From positions 205,096,001 through 205,160,000 of the forward strand of contig OZ024743.1 of assembly GCA_964016885.1 (NCBI GenBank): a stretch of DNA of 64,000 nt. Reading direction: 5' to 3'. Made by a program: the position numbers and the translations under genes. The notes beneath the pieces are model-generated. The model made no database searches. It was not told the origin of the DNA and saw only the letters and a program-made list of their open reading frames with translations. Shown here piece by piece: positions 47,992-64,000 of this stretch. Within the stretch, counting starts at the first letter, position 1. Each line of letters begins with the position of its first letter. The DNA comes from Eledone cirrhosa (Eukaryota).

Positions 47992-48520
47992 CAGCATAAT
48001 AAATACATAATTATATCTGTGTGTGTATCATATATATATTCATCTAAAAATGATTTTTCATATAGACACAAACCATAAAGTGGATGCAGCATGGTTAAAT
48101 ATTTAAGAAGTTCACTTTACAATCAATAGGTCCCAGGTTCAATCCCACTGTGTGACAACTTGGACATATGTGATATACCATAGCCTCAAATCTGCCTATG
48201 TCTTGTGTGTGATACTTTGGTTAACTGAAACTGCCTGGAAGCCCGTTAGATGGACTATATCTGTAAATCTAACAACTAGCTTTTTATACACTGTGTCATG
48301 CTGAATCTCCCTGAGAATTACATTAAGTGTATACGTGTCTGTGGAATACTCAGCCATTTATGTTAATTTCATGAGTAGGTTGTTCCATTGACCAAATAAT
48401 TGGAACATTGGAACACTGTTGAAACTGATGGAGGTACATGTCATTCCATGAATTTGAAATGCCAGAGCAGAGTTGATTGAATCAACATTCAGTTTATTAT
48501 TAGTTGTTTATCAACCCAGT

Positions 48521-48790
48521 GGAGGCACGTGGCCTAGTGGTAAGGGTGTTGGATTTATGATAATAATGTTGTAGGTTTGATTCCTAGACTGAACTGTGCG
48601 TTATATTCTTGAGCAAAACACTTCATTTCATATTGCTGAAAATGAGTACCAGCAACAGCTGGGGCTTTAACCTTGCAATGTATCGTCCTATCCAGAGGGA
48701 AGTCTTGTACTCTCAGTCACTTCCCACCACCAAAACTAGAATAAGCACCGGCCTGATGAGCCTCCAGACTCAAGACAGACTTGAGACGTT
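48521..48790 (+). mobile_element. tRNA-derived SINE
   Basis: GGAGGCACGTGGCCTAGTGG head, GGTTTGATTCC B box, CTTGAGCAAAACACTTCATTTC core. Same family as 34290-34781. Confidence 0.75.
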
Positions 48791-48828
48791 AGAGGGAAGC
48801 AAGGCAAAGGTGTCCATGCTGAACAATT

Positions 48829-49093
48829 CATTTAGACTGTGTTGTATAGGATAAAACTAAATACTTTAACACATTTAGACTGTGTTGTATAGGATAAAAC
48901 TAAATACTTTAACACATTTAGACTGTGTTGTATAGGATAAAACTAAATACTTTAACACATTTAGACTGTGTTGTATAGGATAAAACTAAATACTTTAACA
49001 CATTTAGACTGTGTTGTATAGGATAAAACTAAATACTTTAACACATTTAGACTGTGTTGTATAGGATAAAACTAAATAGAGCAACACATTTAG
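48829..49093. repeat. 43-bp minisatellite, 6 copies
   Basis: CATTTAGACTGTGTTGTATAGGATAAAACTAAATACTTTAACA at 48829, 48872, 48915, 48958, 49001 and 49044 (last copy diverged at its end). Confidence 0.95.
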
Positions 49094-49179
49094 TCAAATA
49101 ATCTATTTTTGTAACCCTTATACCATATACCAGGTGTTAAAATCTTTAAAAAAAAACATGCCTGTAAATAAATTCTTAC

Positions 49180-49417
49180 CTCTGAAACGTTGCTTGTCAG
49201 CCAGTATCAAACCACTTTTCAATAACAAAGCATCAGGACTATCAGGATTACTTAGAAGTACTTCCAAAACCTGAATACCTTGCTGAAGAAGAGTGTTGCT
49301 GGACTGTAATTCAGCTAACTCAAGCAAAGCACCAGAGCGACCGTATGCAGCCCGAGGACTCTTAATGGACTTTTCAAGAATTTTGTTAAAAGCATTCAAA
49401 GATTCCTTAGCAAATCC
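49180..49417 (-). CDS. ASPH: ASPH exon (TPR region), the most 5' exon recognisable in the window
   Basis: GFAKESLNAFNKILEKSIKSPRAAYGRSGALLELAELQSSNTLLQQGIQVLEVLLSNPDSPDALLLKSGLILADKQRFR(G), with the SPRA.YG...LAE...SN..L motif. 238 bp. Confidence 0.9.
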
Positions 49418-51499
49418 CTTCAAAAATAGAAGATAGGAATCAAAATAAAAATTGTAAACTCTGGCATCAAGTGAATTTTTTCAGTGTTTTTTTTTTTCAT
49501 TTTGTTTTATTTGTAAATTGTTTGGTTACAGTGAATTATTTTATTTAAAAAAAAAAAAAAATCAACATGCTTAAAATGTTATATATATATTTTTAAAAAT
49601 TTTGGACAGGGTGGACAGGGGTCATTTATTTATACAGTATTTTTATTCTCTTTTATTTTTAATCTCAAGGCAGGAATTAGTGAAGTAGTCAATGGTTGAA
49701 TTTGTTTTTTTTTAATGCCATAGAAATGATAGTTTTCTTCTTGTGATTTCTTCTTTTTATTTTAGAGTTAAATGGAATTTAGTAAAGCAATGCTAATATG
49801 TTAAAAATTGGGAAACTAAAACGACTTATTTATTATTATTTGTTTTTTGTTTGCTTTTTTTCCCTTTAAATCAGAATGCAGCAAAAATTAATATGAAGAT
49901 AAGTTTAGTAGAATTTTGTTTAAAATGTGTTAAGGCTAGGATGCAGTTAAGAATATTGTTCTTTTATCATCAATTCATTGGTATGTTCATGTGTGGACAT
50001 CATATTAACTTCACAAAACAGAAAAAAGATTTATACATATACAGTGTGTGTGCCTGTCTGTTTGTCTTTCTGCATGTATATGTATTTTAACTAAATTGGT
50101 GAACACACAATTGTCTTTCAGTACATATATGTAGTTTGACTAAGGCGGTGAACATACAATTGTTAAATGAATCATAATAGTCTTCGTACAATTATAACTG
50201 ATCAGCAATGAAGAAATTGAGTGGTTTCTGCTGGAACTCTTTTGGAAAGGACCTGAGAAGATTGTACACATACATCATACATACAAAACACATACATGTG
50301 AACTTTGTCTCCTGCAGACAAGTATACAGAGCAGAGGTGAGCACCTCCTGAAGTCTTTTCTCACAGCTGATAATTATCATCATCATTAGAATTAAGGCAG
50401 TGGAGTGGCAGACAAAAATGGCTTCTAGTATTTACTTGTAATGTTTTACATTCTGAATGCAAATATTAAAGTTTATCTTTACTCAAGATGCAAGGGAAGA
50501 AGAGCCAATAAAATAAGTATCAATAACCAATTCAATCAACAACATCCCACTCTATACAGATGAGTCTCTTGGTGCTAATAAAATAATAATAATAATAATA
50601 ATCATCATCATCATTACTAAAATTAACTGTTTAACCCTTTTGCTTACCAACCCAGCCAAAACCAGTTCTGGTTCAATGAGATTAAAACAACCCATTTTAA
50701 AGGTTTCCTATTTAAATTAAAATCTTCCAACATAATTTTATATAAAAACCTTACATTAAGTTACTACCATAGTCAAAATTCTTCATTGATAAATAGAAAT
50801 AAGGTCATGAAAGAGTTAAGTTACTTTCTTTATAATGAAATAATTAATAATTTTAGTAAATCTCTCAAAATTCTTCATTAATTAATAGAAATAGAGTGTA
50901 TTTCATTAGAAATGTGGTCATGAAACAATTATTTTCTCATTTGCCAACATATTTTCGGCTGTGTTGCATTGCAATAAAATAGCAGAAATTTACTCCAGAA
51001 TTCCATTTAACTGCAGTTAGGCCAACAATTTTGGAGGAGGGGAAAGTTAATTAAATTGACCTTAGTGCATTGCTGGTACTTTATTTTATTGACCCTGTAA
51101 GGATGAAAGGCAAGGCTAATCTTGGCGAGATTTGAATTCAGAAATATATGCCACAAAGAATATTGCCCAACACTCTACTGGTACTGCCAAATGATGATGA
51201 TGATGATGATGATAAATAATAATAATGGTTTCTGATTTAGGCACAAGGCCAGCAACTTTGTGGGGAGGTGAAAGTCGATTTAATAATCATAACAAAAACA
51301 ACAACATTATGAAGAACACTTTCAATACTCTAAAAATGACAACACCAACACTGCACATACCTAAACAATACTGCACCTACCCAAACAACACTGCACCTAC
51401 CTAAACAACACTGCACATACCTAAAGCACAGAGTTATGCTTGGTAATGCTGTGATGTCATGCAATATTAATATAACTAATATTAATTATAATAATAATT

Positions 51500-51675
51500 G
51501 TTTCTACTTTTGGCACAAGGCCAGCAATTATCCCAGTGTATTACTGGTGCTTAATTTTATCGACCCCGTAAGGATGAAAGGCAAAGTTAACCTCGGCGGG
51601 ATTTGAACTCAGACCGTAACTCCATGCTGCAAAGCATAGCGTCTGACCCTTTACCAATACTGCCAATCCATCACC
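51500..51675 (-). mobile_element. tRNA-derived SINE of a second family
   Basis: GAGTTCAAATCCCGCCGAGGT B box followed by CCTTTCATCCTTACGGGGTCGATAAAATTAAGCACCAGT. Related copies at about 32500-32700 (+) and 51040-51190 (-). Confidence 0.7.
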
Positions 51676-52505
51676 AAATTAATAATAATAATAATAATAA
51701 TAATATATCGACTTGAAGATCAAAATTGCCTTAATGTAGTCTATAGCACCTGACACCAGAATTACAAATTTCTTTTGGGCACTGCACATATACTCTCAAG
51801 TCTCAAATAATCGCTCCCCACCTCCTTGCTTATTTATTTTTTAGATCTCCTCTCTTATTCCACCCCATCCTGCTTATTAAATTTTGCTAATCTATCTCCA
51901 GCGAAATTTTATTTTGATTAGTAACATTCCTGCGACAATGAATTTTATACATTAAACAATACACAAAAAGTACATTACTAGAAATCCAATATGTTATAAA
52001 ATAAATAGGATGGGTTGGCGTCTCAATATGTAAACTAAACAACTAATTTTGGTTTAAAAAAAAAAAAATCAATGAAGACAACCTAGAAAAATTACAGATT
52101 TTTTAATCCCCCCCCCCCCTTATTTGGGACCCAAGAATACTCAGGAATGTACTGTTTGTCTAAGGTCCTTGTTGAGACATGGCGGGCAGCAGAAGATATA
52201 GTAATTATATTTACTATGTAAACCACCAATAATATTGATGATGATGATGACAATAATAATTATAAAACAATTTATCAGAGTTGTAGCCCTTTCTGATTCC
52301 TCTTTCAATATTGAACTCTAGATGTTCCAACTGAACATCACCTATCTGCTAGGATTCAATTATTTAATAAATATTCTATAAAAAATTATAAAGGATATCA
52401 TTTGGATGTGTGTTTGTATACATATATACACACATACATATATATATATTTCGTTTCTGAATTTGTTTAGCAAGATTCTTTATCTGAAATCGTGTGTTGA
52501 AACCG

Positions 52506-52563
52506 ATATTGTTATACTTTGGGAGGGTCATGGCAACATGACCCTCCCAAAGTATAACAATAT
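52506..52563. repeat. Perfect hairpin, 27-bp arms, GCAA loop, ending a TA-embedded island
   Basis: ATATTGTTATACTTTGGGAGGGTCATG-GCAA-CATGACCCTCCCAAAGTATAACAATAT. Confidence 0.92.
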
Positions 52564-52894
52564 ATATATATTGTTTTTCAGATTTTATATATCAACAGCC
52601 GATCGACTTCAAATTGGACCAAGGAAACGTTTCCATTGGTCTTTCTAATTGCTAATACTATCTATAGGTCACAACTCCAGGTAGAAGGAGCAACGTGAAA
52701 TAAAGTTGGCTTGCTCAAGCACATGACGCATCACTCGGTCTGGATATCGAACGCACAACCTCACGATTGTGAATCCAATTCTCTAACCACTCAGCCACGC
52801 GCCTTCACTATTTTATATATATATACACATATACATACACACACACACACACACATATATACAAATACACATATATATATATACACACACACAA

Positions 52895-53435
52895 TCATCA
52901 TCATCATTTTACGTCTGCTTTTCCCTGCTTGCAATGGTGAGACGGGTCTTATTCAGCACAGAATCTCTCCACTTGTCATGGTCCTTCGTCATCTCAACCG
53001 TGAGCTTCAGCGATCTGAGGTCTGTTCTCACCACCTCTGCCCATGTTTTTCGTGGTCTACCTCTACCACGTCTTCCTTCAACTGGCATTTCCTGGCACTT
53101 CTTCACCCATTGGTCATCCTCCATGCGCATCACATCCATACCATCGCAGTCTCCTCTCGCGCACACTACATTCTATCTCTCTCAGACACAGTTTCTCTCT
53201 CAACACATTTATGCTGGGTCGTTCATGCACATTGACATTGCACATCCAACGGAGCATTCTAGCCTCATTTCTCTCCAGCCGTCGCATATCCTCTGCAGTT
53301 GCTGCCCATGTCTCACTACCATGCAGCATCGCGCTCCTCACACAGGCATCATATAACCGGCCTTTTGTACGCAGGGAGAAACCCTTCTTCGTCAGCAGAG
53401 GAAGCAGATCCCTAAACTTCTTCCAACCCGTCCTT

Positions 53436-53437
<2 letters not shown>
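52895..53437 (-). mobile_element. RTE LINE (family B) 3' fragment
   Basis: IRTGWKKFRDLLPLLTKKGFSLRTKGRLYDACVRS..., closely similar to 146-772, with a CAT tail. Confidence 0.88.
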
Positions 53438-53496
<59 letters not shown>

Positions 53497-53500
53497 AAAT

Positions 53501-53833
53501 GGAGGCACATGGCTTAGTGGTTGGAGCATTGGCCTTGCAATTGAAAGGTTGTGAGTTCAATTCTCAGACCAGGTAATGTGTTGTTTCCTTGAGCAAGACA
53601 CTTTATTTCACATTGCTCCAGTTTACTCAGCTGGAGAAATGAGATGATAGGGACTGGGGTCCCTATCATTCCACTGCAAAGTGGTCGTGGAGGTTCCACG
53701 GAAAAAAGCACCCAGCACTCACTGTAAATGAGGTTGGTGTTAGGAAGGGCATCCAGCTGTAGAAATCAAGCCAGAATCAGTTCCCATCCCACCCTTGCAA
53801 ACAGGAAAAAGCAAACGTAAAATGATGATGATG
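53501..53833 (+). mobile_element. tRNA-derived SINE with RTE-B tail
   Basis: Close paralogue of 26601-26922. Confidence 0.85.
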
Positions 53834-53965
53834 ATACACACACACATAAATATACACACATATATATATGTATATATATATATACACACACATATATATG
53901 TATATACATATATACACACATATATATATGTATATACATATATACACACATATATATGTATATAC

Positions 53966-53999
<34 letters not shown>

Positions 54000-54017
54000 A
54001 TATATGTATATACATAT

Positions 54018-54050
<33 letters not shown>

Positions 54051-54054
54051 AAGA

Positions 54055-55160
54055 GAGAGCTGATGGACCAGGTCATGAAAGTAACGGAAAGAGTTTTAGC
54101 ACAGTTGATTAGGGACCGGGTAAAACTAGATGAGATGGAGTTTAGGATTTTGCCAGGAAGAGTACCTAGCTAAAAGTAAGCTGCTCTACCTGGCATTTGT
54201 CGATTTGGAAAAAGCCTTCGACAGAGTGCCCCGTGCTGTAATCTGGTGGGCTCTTAGAAAACTAGGAGTAGATGAATAGCTTGTGAAACCTGTACAAGCC
54301 ATGTATAGGGGAGTCAGCAAAGTTAGGGTTAACAATGACTATAGCGAGGAATTTAGTATACAGGTTGGTGTCCACCAGGTCTCTGTTCTTAGACCTGGTG
54401 GACACCAACCTGTATACTAAAGACCTCAATACTATAATAAACTCTGTTTATTATAGTATTGCAGGCTATAACGGAGTAGTTTAAAACAAGATGCCCATGG
54501 GAACTTCTGTATGTGGATGGGATGATCTTACACCACTTATAACTGAATCCATGGCGGGACAGCAAGCAGCAAATGGCCACAGGAAACAAGCACCACCAAA
54601 GTCTGGGAGGGCTCTGTAGAAACAGTAGACAACTTTTGCTACCTAGGTGACAAAATTAGCAGCGGAAGTGGGTGTTCTGAAAGTATAGTAACCAGGGTAA
54701 GAATGGGATGGAAGAAGTTCAGTGAGCTACTGCTACTGCTAGCTGCAAAAGGCTTTTCCCTCAAAATGAAAGGCAGACTGTATGATGCGTGCATACGAAC
54801 AGCAATGTTACATGGTAGTGAGACCTGGGCACTGTCTGTAGAAGACTTGCGTAGATTAGAAAGAAATGAAGCCTGCATGCTCCGATGGATGTGTAATAGT
54901 AATATACACGAACAGCAAAGCATAAACGAATTGAGAGAGAGACTGAGCATAAGAGGAATCAAATGCTCTGTGCAGGAGAGGAGGTTGTGTTGGTATGTAC
55001 ATGTGATGCATATGAAGGATGACAGCTGCATAAAAAGGTGCAGAACACTAGAAGTCGATGGAAGCCATGGAGTGGGGAGACCCAAGAAGACCTGGAATGA
55101 GGTAATAAAAGCCGACCGTACTCAATTGCACCTCTCAAAGGCGATGACACACGACCGTGA
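54055..55160 (+). mobile_element. RTE LINE remnant with internal deletions and a fold-back
   Basis: [26 protein letters not shown] and C-terminal ORF 54703-55179. Inverted duplication at 54352-54421. Confidence 0.85.
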
Positions 55161-59452
<4,292 letters not shown>

Positions 59453-59453
<1 letters not shown>

Positions 59454-59854
59454 CATCATCATCATCATCAACGTTTAACGTCCGTGTTCCACGCTTGCAT
59501 GGGTTTGGACGGGGGTAGTCCCACTTGAGGCAAGAGTGATTGTCTTGCTCGCATAGGACTGTCTGGCAGGTTTTCTACAGTTGGATGCCCTTCCTAACAC
59601 CAACCACATTTACAGTGTGGGTCTGGGAGGTTTTTACCGTGTTGCCTACACGGCCACATTACAGCGTGGACTGTGTGTTTTTTTGTCGTGACACCTACAC
59701 GATCTCATTTGTTTCGGCCTGGATGGCGCGGCACCAACATAACTTTACATAGAACGGGGTGGTGTGGATGGGGTGGGGGTGGTGGCGGGACGGGGTGTAG
59801 TTTGTTAGAGATGCCTACTGGCAAGGCGGGTCTTCTCTGTTACTGAGTACCGCC
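59453..59854 (-). mobile_element. RTE family A 3' end fragment
   Basis: (CAT)n, 3' UTR and the last codons [11 protein letters not shown]. Confidence 0.88.
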
Positions 59855-59887
<33 letters not shown>

Positions 59888-59909
59888 GTATATATACATA
59901 TACATATAC

Positions 59910-59940
<31 letters not shown>

Positions 59941-59953
59941 CATATATATATAC

Positions 59954-59984
<31 letters not shown>

Positions 59985-60005
59985 CATATACATATATATA
60001 TATAC

Positions 60006-60050
<45 letters not shown>

Positions 60051-60090
60051 CATATATATACATATATATATACATATATATACATATACA

Positions 60091-60140
<50 letters not shown>

Positions 60141-60222
60141 TACATATATATACATATACATATATACATATATATACATATACATATATACATATATATA
60201 CATATACATATATATATATATA

Positions 60223-62905
60223 AAATATGTAGTTTAGAAAGCCACAACAATGCAGATGGGAAATCTTGAGGTGGGAAGTGAGTAAGAAATAGGAGAAAAG
60301 TAAAAAATGAGAGAAACGAAAACAAAACAAAGGTAGAAGGATTACCATAGTGGAGATTTAAACCCAATATTTCGGGCTCACGCCCATCAACAGGGGGAAA
60401 AGTTCCAAAAGGGGGGGAACAGGCTAAGCCGGAGAAAGTTGTTATATTGTCGTTAAAACATAGGAATGCCGTTATGGGGAAAAATTCAAATGAGGGAAAG
60501 AGTGCGCGTGCACGTGATAGGCTGTGGCAAAAGCTACTGACCAATTGGGTTAGATCAATAGGGTGCGCTAGCGCGTGAAAGCCGTAAAATATGTGTGTGT
60601 AAATATATATGTGTGTGTAACTGTGTGTGTATGTATGTGAGTGTGTGTGTGTGTGAAAGATAGTGGGCCGTAGAAGCTGGAATTCAAAGGGTGTGAATGG
60701 TGGTAGGTTGTATAAACATGTGTGCGTGTATAAATATAGATGTGTGTGTGTGTGTATGTGTATGGGTATACATATAAGTGCGTGTGTGTGAAAGATAGTA
60801 GGCCGTTACTGGTCACTATGATTAGATTAGCCATGTCAGTTCATTTCTCTCAGCCCGGTTGTTGTCTGAGGTTCTTAATAACAAGTGCTTCCTTTATCCT
60901 TAAGGATCCGATGCTGCGTTCAGTCGCTAGGACTGTGACCAAGGGTCTGCCCTGTGGGTTTCCGCATTTAAGGATGTGTTTACGGAAGGAAGATGCGTTG
61001 GTGTTGACATGTTCCTTGATACGAACATGCAGGGGTCGGATGGTGCTACCTATGTAAAACTTGTTACATTTATCGCATTGAATCTTATATACGACATAGG
61101 TGCGTAGGCAATCTGCCCCCCGTATCGGGCAGTTGCTGAGGGAACACGTCCCATCTGACTCGTCGGGTTTGGTGGAGAGGCATCTTCGGAGCGAAGGTCC
61201 TGTGTGGGCCAAATGTATATCAAGTCCCTGCCTCCGTATGGCCCTGCGGATGGCGTTCGTGGTATATTCACTCAGGTGAGGGATTTTAAAGAAGCACTTG
61301 TATTTATCTAAGTTTCTAGTGGGTGTCTGTCTATTAGGTCTGGGGTCCCTAATTCTGTTAATCAGTCGCTTGGGATATCCATTAGACTTGAGTAGATTAC
61401 GGAATTGCGTGGTATGGGTGAGACCACCCATCGGGTCGCTGCATCTATTAGTGATCCGTATAAGTTCATTTGGGACATAGCCTCTCTTAGCGTTGTTGGG
61501 GAGGGCTGAGTTGTAATGCACAAATAAGTCCTTGCACGCTGCCTTGCGGTAGAAGGTGGTGTTTATGTCTCCTTCTTCCGAGATGTTGATACGGAAGTCG
61601 AGGAGGGCGAGTGACCCGTCTTCTTCAGGGTGTTCGATGGTGAAATCGACGTGATGGTCCGTGTCGTTAAAGATTTGGTGAATTTCATTCGCCATCTCCC
61701 GGGAAGAAGTGAGTATCAGTATGTCATCAACGTATCTGGAGTAGAAGGCGACGGCGTTGGGTTGGCAGGTGTTGAGTGGCTTGCGTTCCAGGTGGTCCAT
61801 GTACGAGATCGCAAGTATGCCGGACAGACTAGAGCCCATAGATCTGTTTGTACGTGTGGCCGAGGAAATTAAAGAATGCATTATCCACAACGAAGGAGAG
61901 GAGTTGGTGGATGTCCGTGTGTGCGAGTCCGAAGTAGTGTAAGTTAGATGATCGGACTCGTTCGGTTAACACGTCGACGGCTGGGGATGCTGGTACGGAG
62001 GTATAAAGGGCGACCACATCAAGACTGAAGGCATATCCGTTGTCCTTTCTGGTGTTGGGTGCCAAATGGTGTAGTCGCTTCAAGACCTCCTTTGAGCTGC
62101 AGACGAGGGCTGGTAGTGTGTGTAGAATGGGTTTCAGTAGTGTGGAGAGCAGCCACGATATTTTGTAAAGTGGGCCCTCCACGCTAGAGACAATGGGCCT
62201 GATTTTCAAATCGGGTCCTTGTTTATGGGTTTTCACCAGCTGGTAGAAGGTGGGTAGTTTGCTGTTTCTAGTCGTTATGTTATTTTTTACCTTCTTTGGC
62301 AGTTGTCGTTGGACACAGATGTTAGTCCATATGGTGTTAATGCCTTCCTCGATTAGAGTCGAGGTGGTCCCTGTGACTTTCGAGTAGAGGCTGTCGTCAT
62401 TAAGATGTTGGAGAGCTAAGTTGTTTTAGGTCTCTCTCGAGATGACACAGAATTCTTTCCCCTTGTCAGAGGGAAGGTAAACAAGGTTCATGGATCTTAG
62501 GTTGGTGAGAGTGTTAAATTGTGCATTGGTGAGGTTGCGTTTATTGTGTGTGTGTGTGTGTTGGGAAAGGATGTTAGAGATAGAATGTTTCAACCTGAGT
62601 AGTTTAGTGTCAAGTTCGTGGTTGGTGGGTGGGGGGTGGAGTGGGTTGTCGAGGTGGTACGTGGGGAGTGTGGGGTGGGTTGTGGGGTTGTAATCGATCT
62701 CGGTGTTGTTTTGGATGGCGGTTAGCCATTTTAGTTGATACGCTGTCCGACAGAAGTTGGTTTCAATGTCGAGTTTCATTCTATCATCGAGACGCTGTGT
62801 AATGATGAACTTGGGTCCGAGGCGCAGGAGTTCGAGTTCGCCGTTGGTGAGGGTACCGGTTAGGTCGGTAACGAGGTGTGACGCATCGTTGGTAGGTAGA
62901 TCGCT
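60223..62905 (-). pseudogene. Second, degraded Penelope-like element (RT + C-terminal GIY-YIG with CCHH motif)
   Basis: [23 protein letters not shown]...IRPIVS, FSLDVVALYTSVP, MGSSLS, YSRYVDD, LALLD, FYRK, VVYKIQCDKCNKFYIGST.RPL..RIKEH...H...C. Split over several frames; both ends in TA-rich tracts. Confidence 0.88.
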
Positions 62906-62906
62906 A

Positions 62907-62974
<68 letters not shown>

Positions 62975-63047
62975 CATATATATACATATACATATATATA
63001 TACATACATATATATACATATACATATATATATACATATACATATAC

Positions 63048-63078
<31 letters not shown>

Positions 63079-63115
63079 CATACATATATATATATATACA
63101 TATACATATATATAC

Positions 63116-63146
<31 letters not shown>

Positions 63147-63189
63147 CATATACATATATATATATACATATACATATATATATATATAC

Positions 63190-63234
<45 letters not shown>

Positions 63235-63477
63235 CACATATATATACATATATATATATACATATATACATATATATATACATATACATATATATATACA
63301 TATATATATACATATATATACATATATATATATATATATACATATATATATACATACATATATATATACATACATATATATATACATACATATATATATA
63401 CATACATATATATATACATACATATATATATACATACATATATATATACATACATATATATATACATACATATATAT

Positions 63478-63594
<117 letters not shown>

Positions 63595-63632
63595 CATATA
63601 CATATATATATATATATATATATACATATACG

Positions 63633-63676
<44 letters not shown>

Positions 63677-63686
63677 CATATATATA

Positions 63687-64000
63687 TCATCATCATCATC
63701 ATCATCAACGTTTAACGTCCGTGTTCCACGCTTGCATGGGTTTGGACGGGGGTAGTCCCACTTGAGGCAAGAGTGATTGTCTTGCTCGCATAGGACTGTC
63801 TGGCAGGTTTTCTACAGTTGGATGCCCTTCCTAACACCAACCACATTTACAGTGTGGGTCTGGGAGGTTTTTACCGTGTTGCCTACACGGCCACATTACA
63901 GCGTGGACTGTGTGTTTTTTTGTCGTGACACCTACACGATCTCATTTGTTTCGGCCTCGATGGCGCGGCACCAACATAACTTTACATAGAACGGGGTGGT
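63687..64000 (-). mobile_element. RTE family A 3' end (runs off window)
   Basis: Nearly identical to 59453-59763. Confidence 0.88.

Noticed and set aside
45974-49093. Possible CRISPR arrays (51-bp and 43-bp repeats)
   Set aside because: Head-to-tail units with no unique spacers, eukaryotic context and no cas genes.
52270-52350. Possible further upstream ASPH exon
   Set aside because: The minus-strand translation (LEFNIERGIRKG) looks more like a LINE RT scrap; no ASPH similarity or convincing splice sites.

Overview
AT-rich, microsatellite-laden animal DNA, most likely a cephalopod such as octopus (inferred from repeat content, not proven). It has three parts. (1) 29.0-49.4 kb, minus strand: the last eight coding exons of aspartyl/asparaginyl beta-hydroxylase (ASPH), all with GT-AG junctions and consistent phases. 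(2) 0.8-28.4 kb, downstream of ASPH: a (TA)n landing pad stacked with retroelements. The centrepiece is a very young ~16 kb Penelope-like element (PLE) complex with two head-to-head, near-identical intact RT + C-terminal GIY-YIG ORFs and ~3.1 kb microsatellite-filled pseudo-LTRs. Its three pLTR-type regions each carry a type I hammerhead ribozyme with an unusually long stem II and a downstream decoy copy of the stem I strand. Around it are RTE LINEs with a PHD-type finger inserted in the RT region, tRNA-derived SINEs sharing an RTE tail, and several small TA-embedded islands ending in fold-back palindromes, two with hammerhead motifs. (3) 52-64 kb: decayed RTEs, a 4.3 kb TA/TACA tract and a second, degraded PLE of another lineage. 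The recurring theme is TA-targeted, ribozyme-bearing retroposition that leaves inverted duplications from about 25 bp to 6.4 kb. All calls were made by eye; no alignment, folding or database search was run.
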